From contig OZ242311.1 in the NCBI GenBank assembly GCA_965207885.1, forward strand, positions 608,001-672,000: a stretch of 64,000 nucleotides of DNA. Reading direction: 5' to 3'. Under the pieces are notes generated by a model. It was not told where the DNA came from and ran no database searches. It saw only the letters and a list, made by a program, of their open reading frames with translations. Origin of the DNA: Candidatus Latescibacterota bacterium. Lineage in GTDB: Bacteria > Latescibacterota > UBA2968. Shown piece after piece: positions 19,705 through 27,846 of the stretch; position 1 is the stretch's first letter, and each line of letters begins with the position of its first letter. The position numbers and the translations under genes were made by a program.

Positions 19705-21159
19705 TTATTTCGAAAGATACTTCACGAGTTCCACCATTCCCAGGGTGTCGTGCTTGCAATAAGCCAGCAACTCGCGTGTCAAACGTTCGCGCTCGGCGGC
19801 ATCAGTCGCGGAGTTGATGATTTGTAAATAGGTCGTGCCTGCCGCGCTTCCATCCTGCACATCACCGAGCGATCCATATCCGAGATGCGGTGCTATCGTG
19901 GGTAACACGTTCTTGATTGACCACGAGCCGCGCATGTCGGGGTGATAATAAGTTTTCCGCACGATGGAGAGGAGATCCTCGAGTCGTTCCATCAATTTTT
20001 GAAGTTCCTCGGCGAGATCGGGGTAGCGGTTTGCCAGATCATTCAAGACTCTCTTTTCATAGCTACCGTATGCGAAGATCGGCCCTTCCTTTCCTATGGC
20101 CTCTATCAGCGATTCCGCACAGGTACGCATCGGCGCATTGCCGCTGGTGTCAAGGTATTCCTCGTGCTGAAATTCTCCGCTGGCAAGCTCAATGTGACAG
20201 GACCATTGAAATGGCAATGGCTTGTAAGGGCCTGTACCTTCCCAGATGGGAACTGCGAATTGGATGGTCTCGAAGTCGAGGTAGTAACGCGGATAACCAT
20301 ATTCGCCGACCTCAGCAGCCTCTGGTCTCAGTTCTGGCTTTCCCGTTATCGTGACACGTCGTACCCTTTCTTGTGTAGCACTGCTCAAGCGGCCTTCAGG
20401 TATGTCGCGGATGTCTTCAATGCCTTCAGCGGTCAGGGCGTCTATGAGTTGGCGGGAAATACGAGGCAGATATCGCAGCGGATACTTGGTCTCTTCGCCG
20501 CGGCAATAATCGATAAAGGGACAGGTATAGGGATCCGTACACTGGTCCCCCATTTCGATTTCGGGTTCGCCATCGTTGAGCATTTCTCTATAGCGTTGCA
20601 CCCATTGCGGGACTGCGCGGCTCAGTTCCCGCACTTCTTCTGTGATGTCTTTATAGTGGAACAGACCCCGGTAATCGCCGTTGCCGGGGTACACGAATTG
20701 CCTATTGATGTGACAAAGATAGATTGCTTTGACCGGTATGCCCGCGGATTCCAGAACCCAGGTTTGCACTGCACTGTCTGCGTAATGATGATCTTTGACC
20801 GAGGTGCTGGATTTTACTTCGATGATTTCAAAGCCACCGCTGCACGGCTTGAGGATATCTACACAGACCAGAACATCATGCGCTTTGAAGGTGGCTTCGA
20901 AGATCGGCTTACCGGGCTGTTCTGACAGCAGACGCTGGGTCTCCTCTACAGCAGCCTTCGCTCCGTGATCGTAGGAGACGAGGACCCCGTCCAGATATTG
21001 GGCGTGAGCCACCTCATTGACGTTATCGCCCGCAGCAAAGCGCTGCTCAACGTCGGAGCCGTATTCGATGAGATGGGACCGATACATCTCCAGCCACAGA
21101 CGCTTTTCACACTGACGACCTGCCATGATTTTCGATTTGGAGAGATAATGTCTGTTCAT
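19705..21159 (-). CDS. DUF2779 protein: Cas4-like PD-(D/E)XK nuclease plus RNase H-like exonuclease
   Basis: LSKS..QC.KRLWL, DIL..IEVKSST, CxxxxxCPFxxYC, YLDFET, PFQWS, YCKHDT. Confidence 0.85.
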   Translation of the reverse strand: MNRHYLSKSKIMAGRQCEKRLWLEMYRSHLIEYGSDVEQRFAAGDNVNEVAHAQYLDGVLVSYDHGAKAAVEETQRLLSEQPGKPIFEATFKAHDVLVCVDILKPCSGGFEIIEVKSSTSVKDHHYADSAVQTWVLESAGIPVKAIYLCHINRQFVYPGNGDYRGLFHYKDITEEVRELSRAVPQWVQRYREMLNDGEPEIEMGDQCTDPYTCPFIDYCRGEETKYPLRYLPRISRQLIDALTAEGIEDIRDIPEGRLSSATQERVRRVTITGKPELRPEAAEVGEYGYPRYYLDFETIQFAVPIWEGTGPYKPLPFQWSCHIELASGEFQHEEYLDTSGNAPMRTCAESLIEAIGKEGPIFAYGSYEKRVLNDLANRYPDLAEELQKLMERLEDLLSIVRKTYYHPDMRGSWSIKNVLPTIAPHLGYGSLGDVQDGSAAGTTYLQIINSATDAAERERLTRELLAYCKHDTLGMVELVKYLSK

Positions 21160-21249
21160 GGTTTATTTTTTTAAGTGGCTTGTTTGTAAACGATAGCGCA
21201 TCCAGTTCTCAAACCATTGAGGTGGCTTTGAGTCCGGTACAACGGCAGA

Positions 21250-22341
21250 TTAATCACCCTGTAATGTACTCTGTTGGGCATCGTACATGGCACGCGTAAG
21301 TTTGTTCAACTTCTCTTTGTGAGTCTCCCAATCAGCCGCGGTCAACTGGAATCCAATCTCCAGGTAGTTTTCCAGCGCAGCGTCGAGGTCTTTCAGCGCA
21401 TCATCCTCACGGTTTGGCGGATATGTTTTGAATGGAATCTCTTTTATGAGCAGCTTAAATTCATCCAGGCACAACTTGATAGCATTCCGAAAGAAAACGA
21501 CCACTACCATCTTTTCTCGCGGGTCAATGCGAGCGTAAGTGTTTCTGACACGTCTTCCTGTGTTACTCCGCTTTTGGAGACGAAAGTTGAGACCATGCCT
21601 ATTACTGCTTTCGAGAGAGCTGGGCCAATTTTCACGGAACTTTTTTGCTACAGTGTCGAACAAGTCAGATATGCCGTGTTTCTTGTTGCGGCTATCCAAC
21701 AACTCCCTGAATTCTTCCTGGCTCCGTCTTGTCCGCCTGACCTGCCGGGAATCGTCGTCATCGCCTTCAACGTGCATCTGCCGCGCGAGGAGTACCTTCC
21801 CTTCTTGTTCAAAGCCGTAAAAGGTCAACAGGGATATGTCCATGCCGTTTTTGGCGAGATAGTTCACCATTCGCTCGGTCGTGTCATCAACGCCCAATCC
21901 GACCAAGAACATACGCAGTGGTCTCAGAGAGTCCAGATTGTCCACATCTAAATTTTCGTTTTCGATGTACCATCTTTCAAAGTCGTTGATCTTATCAATC
22001 CCATGTGCGCCTGACTTATTGGAGATGTGATTAACCAGGGCATCCAGATCCATATCTTCAAGATAGGATACGTAGTCTATAATCTGTGCTATAGCATCTC
22101 GAGATAAGGTGCCGCGTTTTAACTCGAATACAACCAGACTGCCATCGCTATCGACGCCGAGTAGATCCAGTGGGCCTCCTTCTGTCTGTGTTTGTCGTCC
22201 TACGAGCGTTAATCCTGGCATCAGTAGTTCGGGATTTTTGACCAATATTTCCTCCAGAAGCCTCTCAGAATCCATTCGGTTTGTCTGTTGTACCGGTGAT
22301 ACTTGAGAGCTTTCAATTGTCCATATCTTGATTTCGTCCAT
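21250..22341 (-). CDS. Second NucS-like PD-(D/E)XK endonuclease with a different C-terminal domain
   Basis: ERLLEE..NPELL..LDLLGVD..FELKR..AQIIDY. Confidence 0.75.
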   Translation of the reverse strand: MDEIKIWTIESSQVSPVQQTNRMDSERLLEEILVKNPELLMPGLTLVGRQTQTEGGPLDLLGVDSDGSLVVFELKRGTLSRDAIAQIIDYVSYLEDMDLDALVNHISNKSGAHGIDKINDFERWYIENENLDVDNLDSLRPLRMFLVGLGVDDTTERMVNYLAKNGMDISLLTFYGFEQEGKVLLARQMHVEGDDDDSRQVRRTRRSQEEFRELLDSRNKKHGISDLFDTVAKKFRENWPSSLESSNRHGLNFRLQKRSNTGRRVRNTYARIDPREKMVVVVFFRNAIKLCLDEFKLLIKEIPFKTYPPNREDDALKDLDAALENYLEIGFQLTAADWETHKEKLNKLTRAMYDAQQSTLQGD

Positions 22342-22770
22342 TTATCTTCCCTTTTTTAGAAGCGGTGAGAAATAAAAAATCACTTGACCAATGATTACGT
22401 CCCTTGTTGTGTATAAAAACTGTAAATATCTACAAAGATCAGAAAATTGGAAAAATCTACTGTTCCGTCATTAAGGGGGTTATACCCTTAATAGGAAATA
22501 CGCCCTTAGCTGCTTTTTTAAGATGAAGGAAGGACCCGCCCGACATAAAAAGAGACTTTATAGTATAGCGGTCGTATTTTGTGCGTTTTATCTTGGCTCT
22601 CCTTTTGGTCTGAACAACTCCATTTTAATGGCTTCCGGTAGTGTCTCAGTTTGAAAATTTGCGGTTTTCTGTTGACAGGGGTACGGTGCGTACTTTATTA
22701 TTCAACTTAACCCGCAGATTTCGTTCGTTCACAAGAGAAATACATTCAGGATTCAGGAGGGCAACCGACT

Positions 22771-22986
22771 ATGCCAAAGGGACCAAACGGAGAAAAGCGC
22801 CCTGGCGATGTCGTATCTTGTGCTGTAACAGTAGCACGTATTGCAACCGGTGAAATAGAAGATACGAAATACAAACAGCCAGGCAAACGAAAAGGAGGGG
22901 TCGCAGGTGGGCGTGCCCGTGCAAAAGCACTCTCGCCAAAGCGACGCAAAGAAATAGCGAAAAAAGCTGCCGCCGCAAGGTGGTAG
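22771..22986 (+). CDS. Small basic IS-associated protein
   Basis: MPKGPNGEKRPGD...GGRARAKALSPKRRKEIAKKAAAARW; SD; followed by a terminator at ~23004-23033. Confidence 0.85.
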   Translation: MPKGPNGEKRPGDVVSCAVTVARIATGEIEDTKYKQPGKRKGGVAGGRARAKALSPKRRKEIAKKAAAARW

Positions 22987-23091
22987 CTATCAGAGCAAGG
23001 AATAAGCCGAGGTCTATACGATCTCGGCTTTTTTGTTTTCAAAAACCACTCTATCCTTGACAATGGCTTTTTGCAGTGGTACATTTCTTAT

Positions 23092-23250
23092 GCTTCAGAT
23101 TAGTCACACTCAGTAGAGGCCCCGCTTGGTCGGGTAGCCTGCTGAATAGAATAGCCAAATTGTGGAGCGGATTAGCTACCCGTCCCCGGTGAATAGGTAG
23201 GGCCCTCCTCGCATCTCTCTGCGTGAGTGTGACTACTACCCGGCATCCTT
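23092..23250 (+). ncRNA. Putative structured ncRNA, copy A
   Basis: Promoter TTGACA(23057)-17-TACATT; stems tagtcacactca/tgagtgtgacta and cgggtagc/gctacccg; homologous to 58340-59420. Confidence 0.65.
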
Positions 23251-23280
23251 GCGCAATCTTTTCCACACACATTCATACAC

Positions 23281-23385
23281 AAAAAAGAGCCGGAAGACTC
23301 TGGCGGAGCCTCCCGGCAAAGGCAGACACGCGAACCACCCGTTGAAAGTTTATCGCTGCATCCACCTGATTCGTAAATGAGTGGA
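23281..23385 (-). ncRNA. Putative ~100-nt sRNA convergent on ncRNA A
   Basis: Minus-strand TTGACA (~23418) with TACTTT -10; GC hairpin then U6 ending at 23281. Confidence 0.4.
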
Positions 23386-23465
23386 TTTCAAAGTAAGTAA
23401 AAACCTGCTTTGTGTCAATTCTGTTACAGGTGGATGTGGCGACTCACCACACAGAGGAGGTTTAA

Positions 23466-24098
23466 ATGTATAGGTTCATTCTTGCTGTTTTGTCGGTACT
23501 TGTGTACTCTGCTGGCTCGCCAATGCTCGCTACTGAGCGGCCTTATTTACGGACTGATAGCGGCCAAGCCCGTCAGTTGCGCTATTCGGAGATCTATGCA
23601 ACGGCCTGGTACGGAACAGAGGGCACCATTAACCTTCATATAATAATGTCATGGACTCCTAGCAATTCCATGACCTTCGTGAAATGGTTAGTAGTCAACG
23701 ATACGGCTCGGGATCTGTATTCTGTGACCATTGGAGACAGGGAGTACGAGTGTTCTAATGGAAATGTGATAACCGTCAAGGGGAATTGGTGGACTGATCC
23801 CTTGGAGGGCAGAAGGGTAGATGACACCGTGGTCATTGGAGGCAGGGAGTACGAATTGCCGCGGGGGTGGATGCGGCGTGTTGGTGGGACCAACCCCGAC
23901 ATCATACTCCACAAGAAGTCTCCGCGCGGCCAGAAGGAGTGTCCGCGCATCACAAGCATCCGCCTGAAGGGAGACCCTAAATCTCTTGTTAAATACCTCA
24001 TCAACAAAGGTGACAAAGATGTGCATGGCTGGGGAGAGGGCGGGCGAGTTGAGGTTTACCGGAAGGTATCCCGTCGCTGGAAATTGGAGATTAAATAG
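23466..24098 (+). CDS. Secreted hypothetical passenger protein
   Basis: SD GAGGAGG; signal peptide MYRFILAVLSVLVYSAGSPMLA. Confidence 0.8.
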   Translation: MYRFILAVLSVLVYSAGSPMLATERPYLRTDSGQARQLRYSEIYATAWYGTEGTINLHIIMSWTPSNSMTFVKWLVVNDTARDLYSVTIGDREYECSNGNVITVKGNWWTDPLEGRRVDDTVVIGGREYELPRGWMRRVGGTNPDIILHKKSPRGQKECPRITSIRLKGDPKSLVKYLINKGDKDVHGWGEGGRVEVYRKVSRRWKLEIK

Positions 24099-24116
24099 GC
24101 CACATAGCTTTAGTCG

Positions 24117-24302
24117 CTATCGCGGGATCTGATAATCCTCAATGACCGTGATTTCCTCCAAGGTGACGCCTGGTGCTGGTCTGATGGTTTTTACCAATAT
24201 CTGACGCTTCTTCTGCTGTTCGGCCCGATTCTGCCTTTCAGGGCAGATTCTGGTGCATAGCACATAATAGCCAAGATACGGGCATTGCTGACACTTTACC
24301 AT
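24117..24302 (-). CDS. Cys4 micro-protein, copy A (61 aa)
   Basis: CxxCPYLGYYVLCTRxC; SD AGAGGAG; homologue at 60683-60862. Confidence 0.75.
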   Translation of the reverse strand: MVKCQQCPYLGYYVLCTRICPERQNRAEQQKKRQILVKTIRPAPGVTLEEITVIEDYQIPR

Positions 24303-24362
24303 GACAGAGGTCTCCTCTAACTAAAGACTTGACCTCAGTACACAAATTTAGTATAATCTAAG

Positions 24363-24412
24363 TGTCTGGTGCCAAGGCATTCTTTTGGGGCGTGCTCATA
24401 ACACGCCCTTTT
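24363..24412 (+). ncRNA. Putative antisense sRNA to the Cys4 mRNA leader (A)
   Basis: TTGACC(24329)-17-TATAAT(24352), then hairpin gggcgtg/cacgccc and TTTT. Confidence 0.55.
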
Positions 24413-24553
24413 CCTTGCCCACCTCATTTTCGGCAGGCTCGTTGCGCTCTGCAACTATTCAATATTAACCGTTTTTCCCCACCCTGTCAACCATTCCCAC
24501 TTAGTTTGACATAAATGCTTGACAAACAGCACCTTAATCGCTAAATTTAAGGT

Positions 24554-25393
24554 ATGAATAAGTTAAGCAAAAACAAGCGGATACAGATACTTGCGATGTT
24601 GTGTGAGGGCATGTCGATGCGGTCGGTAAGCCGTGTTGTCGGGTGTTCTATCAACTCCGTATTGAAGTTGTTGGTAGATGCAGGACAGGTGTGTGCGTTT
24701 TACCATGATGAGCATGTGCGCGGTATAGAAGCAGCCCATATCCAGTGTGATGAGATATGGGCTTTTTGTTATTGTAAGCAGAAAACGGTAGAAAACGGGA
24801 ATGTGGATCAATACGGTGCGGGTGATGTGTGGACGTGGACGGCATTAGAGCGAGACACAAAGTTGATCATTGCCTATGAGGTCGGAGATCGGTCTGCTGT
24901 GACCGCAATGGAGTTTATATCGAATCTCCGTGCGAGATTGGTGACCCGGGTACAATTGACGACGGATGGCCTGAGGGCGTATCTCGAAGCGGTCGAGGGC
25001 GCGTTTGGTGATGATATAGACTTTGCCCAATTGGTGAAGATTTACGATACTGAGACGAACCAGTTGAAACGTGTGGTGATTGGAAACCCTGTTGAGAGCG
25101 ATATTTCAACATCCCACGTTGAGCGTCAGAATCTCAATATGCGAATGGGGATGCGCCGGTTTACGCGACTGACGAATGCGTTTTCAAAGAAGTTGGAAAA
25201 CCACATTCACATGCTGAGTCTCTACTTTCTGTATTACAATTTCGTGCGGATGCATTTGACGTTGGAGACAACGCCAGCAGTCGCGGCAGGGTTGGCAGAC
25301 GAAGCCTACACAATGGGCTGGATCGTTGACCTGGTGGATGCTCACGCACCCAAACCCAATCGACCAAAAACGTACCGCAAAATTTCAAACTGA
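24554..25393 (+). CDS. IS1-family DDE transposase
   Basis: N-term HTH (EGMSMRSVSR), QCDEIW, TTDG, VERQN, RRFTRLTNAFSKK; stop codon inside the IR. Confidence 0.9.
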   Translation: MNKLSKNKRIQILAMLCEGMSMRSVSRVVGCSINSVLKLLVDAGQVCAFYHDEHVRGIEAAHIQCDEIWAFCYCKQKTVENGNVDQYGAGDVWTWTALERDTKLIIAYEVGDRSAVTAMEFISNLRARLVTRVQLTTDGLRAYLEAVEGAFGDDIDFAQLVKIYDTETNQLKRVVIGNPVESDISTSHVERQNLNMRMGMRRFTRLTNAFSKKLENHIHMLSLYFLYYNFVRMHLTLETTPAVAAGLADEAYTMGWIVDLVDAHAPKPNRPKTYRKISN

Positions 25394-25402
25394 GACACTA
25401 CC

Positions 25403-25640
25403 TGGCTTCCCCAAAAGTAGGCTGTTTCATTACTCTTGTAATTTTGTCCCGTATGCGAAAACTCAGGACATAAGGAGGGAACAGGAAATGTGTGTAATAG
25501 AATTCATACGTGGCGCAGAACTTCTCTCCCAACTGCATAACTTCGGCCCCGAGGTAGTTCGCTAATCCGTATTCCTTCGCTCTAACGGCGGCATTGTATC
25601 GCTTGCATACTTCGAGGATTTTTTTCTTTGGATTTTTCAT
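25403..25640 (-). pseudogene. Phage-like small gene split by the IS1 element (3' end at ~22588-22636)
   Basis: Removing the IS and one TSD gives ...QPTFGEAIKMELFRPKGEPR*. Confidence 0.65.
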
Positions 25641-25905
25641 TGGCTTGCTCTTGCGTCTTTCAACTGCTCGGCGATTGTTCTGCGGCGGGAGATAATCTCT
25701 TTTGCGTTGGCTCGATCAATTTTCTTTCGCGCTTGGTTGCGGACGTATCTGAGAATTTCGTTGGGGTCTTGGTTCAGATAGTTCCCGACTACGCGGCAGA
25801 ACTCTGTGAGGTTGCGATTCCGCGGGAGGAATTGCATTTGTGACAGGCAGTCACTAAGTTAGATTCGTCATTGCTCCCGCCTTTGCTGTATGATCTAACG
25901 TGATC
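25637..25905 (-). pseudogene. 5'-truncated, frameshifted HNH endonuclease
   Basis: DHVRSYSKGGSNDESNLVTACHKCNSSRG, continuing after a frameshift as NRNLTEFCRVV. Confidence 0.8.
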
Positions 25906-25974
25906 AAAAGAGACGCATTGCAAGGAATGCGTCTCAAAGATAAATAAGAGGTATGACAGGGTATGTCGTGGGTG
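25906..25974 (-). promoter_or_regulatory. 69-bp repeat copy 2: putative WYL operator/promoter, immediately after the WYL stop
   Basis: Minus strand CGACAtacccTGTCAT-N10-TA-N3-T followed by a hairpin and T4. Confidence 0.75.
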
Positions 25975-25975
25975 G

Positions 25976-26953
25976 TCAGGTTTTTTTATAAGAATCTAGA
26001 TTTTTTTTGAGTTCCTCAATTATTTCTTCGCGTAGGGCGGGTGGTTCGAGGACTTCTGCATCTGCGCCATGGCTGAGTATCCAAGATTTTATTTCGTAAA
26101 AACCGCCGGCTTGAAAGGAGAGTATTATCTCGCCAGTGTCCAGTTCTTCAATTTTTTCTGAGGGGTGCCAGATCCGCTGTTTGATGTATCGAGCTTGCCA
26201 GGCGGAGAATCGGATTTTGACGTCTATTGGGTCTTCGAGTGTGATGCCGAATGCCTGCTGGATGCGGTTTTCGATGTCCAGATCATCGGGTGGCTCAAAG
26301 GTTTGGGATGTGATTTCGAGGTCTTGAATGCGTTCTGCTGCGAGTGTGAGTAAGTCGGCGTAATTTGGATTGCGGCAGAGTAGATAATATCCGTTGTGAT
26401 AATACAATAATCTAAAGGGTGTAATGGGATAGGTTTTGGTTTGTCCGGTTGTGATGGCGTGATAGGTGATGTTGCAAATTTTACGTTCTTTGATTGCGCG
26501 ATGAGCGGTTTCGAGTACTTCAGGAGATATCAGCGCTTTTTGCCCGCGATGATGGGGGTAATAAGCTGCGCCCGCCTTTTCTAAAAATGCTTGCATCGGC
26601 TCTGGGAGCGTTGTTCTGATTCTGTTCAGGGTTTTCTGAAATGCTTCTTTGTATGGCGTGCCTTCAAGCGGGCTGACGATTCCTTCGATGAAGGTCAGTG
26701 CGATGATTTCGTCGGTGGGAAAGTTCAGGGGTGGCAGGTTGTTTTTTTCGAGTTTAAAGTATTTTTTTCCGCGGTCTCCCACTTCTTCATTGATACTGAA
26801 GCCCACTTCTCGGAGATCATCGAGATCCCTTTGTATGGTGCGCTTGTCAACGCCCGATTCGTCGGCGAGTTTTCGATAAGGCACACCATAAGTCTGGGCG
26901 AGGAGTGTGCGGAGGATGTCCAGTTGACGGACGATTTGTTTGTTGTCTGACAT
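25976..26953 (-). CDS. HTH-WYL-WCX transcriptional regulator (PafBC/DriD-like)
   Basis: KRTIQRDLDDL HTH; YYLLC..ERI WYL; WHPS..EIKSWILSHG..VLEP..LRE WCX. Confidence 0.93.
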   Translation of the reverse strand: MSDNKQIVRQLDILRTLLAQTYGVPYRKLADESGVDKRTIQRDLDDLREVGFSINEEVGDRGKKYFKLEKNNLPPLNFPTDEIIALTFIEGIVSPLEGTPYKEAFQKTLNRIRTTLPEPMQAFLEKAGAAYYPHHRGQKALISPEVLETAHRAIKERKICNITYHAITTGQTKTYPITPFRLLYYHNGYYLLCRNPNYADLLTLAAERIQDLEITSQTFEPPDDLDIENRIQQAFGITLEDPIDVKIRFSAWQARYIKQRIWHPSEKIEELDTGEIILSFQAGGFYEIKSWILSHGADAEVLEPPALREEIIEELKKNLDSYKKT

Positions 26954-26967
26954 GGCTATTTTGCAAA

Positions 26968-27002
26968 TAAAAAGGGCTTACGCCATCCCGACGTAAGCCC
27001 TT
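26968..27002 (-). terminator. tRNA-Leu terminator
   Basis: aagggcttacg/cgtaagccctt stem with T-run on the minus strand. Confidence 0.7.
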
Positions 27003-27011
27003 GTGTTTTTA

Positions 27012-27098
27012 TGGTGCCGAAGGTGGGACTCGAACCCACACGGCCTTGCGGCCACTGGATTTTGAGTCCAGCGCGTCTACCAATTCCACCACTTCGGC
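27012..27098 (-). tRNA. tRNA-Leu(CAA)
   Basis: Cloverleaf GCCGAAG...TTCGGCACCA, long variable arm, anticodon CAA. Confidence 0.97.
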
Positions 27099-27144
27099 AC
27101 CTGAAGTCCTGTGGTCAAGAATATCCCAAACGCCGTATTGCGTG

Positions 27145-27717
27145 TCAAGGGTTTTTGAAGTGATCTGTTTCAGCGCGTGGCGGTCCGATGATTTCGTTGT
27201 AGATGATGGCTTTTCGGATGGTGTTGGGTTCAAAATCGAGTTTTATACGGCGTTTTTTGCGTTTGGGGCGCAGGAGTGTTTGGGTTTCAGATGCGCGTGT
27301 AAATAGGGTTTTGCCTTCGATGTAAGACGATTCATCGGAGACAGGGCGCTTGACCTCAACTTCCTGGAATTCTGGTCCGGTATCAGCTTCGGAGACGGGA
27401 CGTTTGCCGTGTACCTCCTGAAATTCTGGTCCTGTGTCCGCTTCAGAGACGGGACGTTTGCCATGCACTTCCTGAAACTCTGAAGGGGGTTTGGGTTCTG
27501 GTTTGGGTTCTGGTTCGGGAGGTCCGAAGAGGACTTCCCATTCAGAGAGGTCGATTTCCTCTTCAAAGGGATCGTCGGCACCTGCGTCGCGGGACGTTTG
27601 CCTGCGCTGGAGTTTGGTTTCGTCGGGTTCTCTGGTGCCTCGCAGCCTTTTTATGAGCGGCGAGATAAGGCTGAAGAAGAGAAACACGATTATCGGTATG
27701 AGTACTTCCAGTTCCAT
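27145..27717 (-). CDS. YqfB-like membrane-anchored protein (third gene of floA operon) with 18-aa tandem repeats
   Basis: N-term TM helix; C-term KAIIYNEIIGPPRA. Confidence 0.75.
   Translation of the reverse strand: MELEVLIPIIVFLFFSLISPLIKRLRGTREPDETKLQRRQTSRDAGADDPFEEEIDLSEWEVLFGPPEPEPKPEPKPPSEFQEVHGKRPVSEADTGPEFQEVHGKRPVSEADTGPEFQEVEVKRPVSDESSYIEGKTLFTRASETQTLLRPKRKKRRIKLDFEPNTIRKAIIYNEIIGPPRAETDHFKNP
27337..27480 (-). repeat. 54-bp coding tandem repeat, about 2.7 copies
   Basis: EFQEVHGKRPVSEADTGP twice, then EFQEVEVKRPVS. Confidence 0.9.
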
Positions 27718-27746
27718 GATGTAAGACCATTTGTTATGGGGTTATG

Positions 27747-27846
27747 GTACGGGCGACCACAGGGGGTCGCCCCTACAAGTCACAATATCATCGTAGGGGA
27801 CGGTCCCCGTATAGAGACATTACGGGGCAGGCCCTGTGCCGTCCCT
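27747..27846. repeat. GTAG-type REP-like palindromes
   Basis: gggcgacc/ggtcgccc-ctac, gtaggggacgg; a similar element lies at ~45827-45880. Confidence 0.6.

Larger units (their letters stand above)
22637..25402 (+). mobile_element. IS1-family element carrying passenger genes (2766 bp)
   Basis: Terminal IRs ggtagtgtctcagtttgaaa / tttcaaactgagacactacc; 8-bp TSD tggcttcc at 22629-22636 and 25403-25410. Confidence 0.93.

Noticed and set aside
23051-23272. 73-aa minus-strand ORF with weak similarity to a frame at 59290-59425
   Set aside because: Copy B has no usable start in that frame. Promoters and G-U pairs indicate a + strand RNA, so it is treated as a shadow ORF.
13490-27098. Intact prophage or ICE at tRNA-Leu
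   Set aside because: No integrase, structural or conjugation genes, and I could not find a duplicated tRNA 3' end.
18792-27480. Possible CRISPR array (69-bp repeats, 54-bp repeats, Cas4-like and WYL genes nearby)
   Set aside because: There is no regular repeat-spacer array or cas1/cas2. The 54-bp repeat is coding and the 69-bp copies are 7 kb apart.
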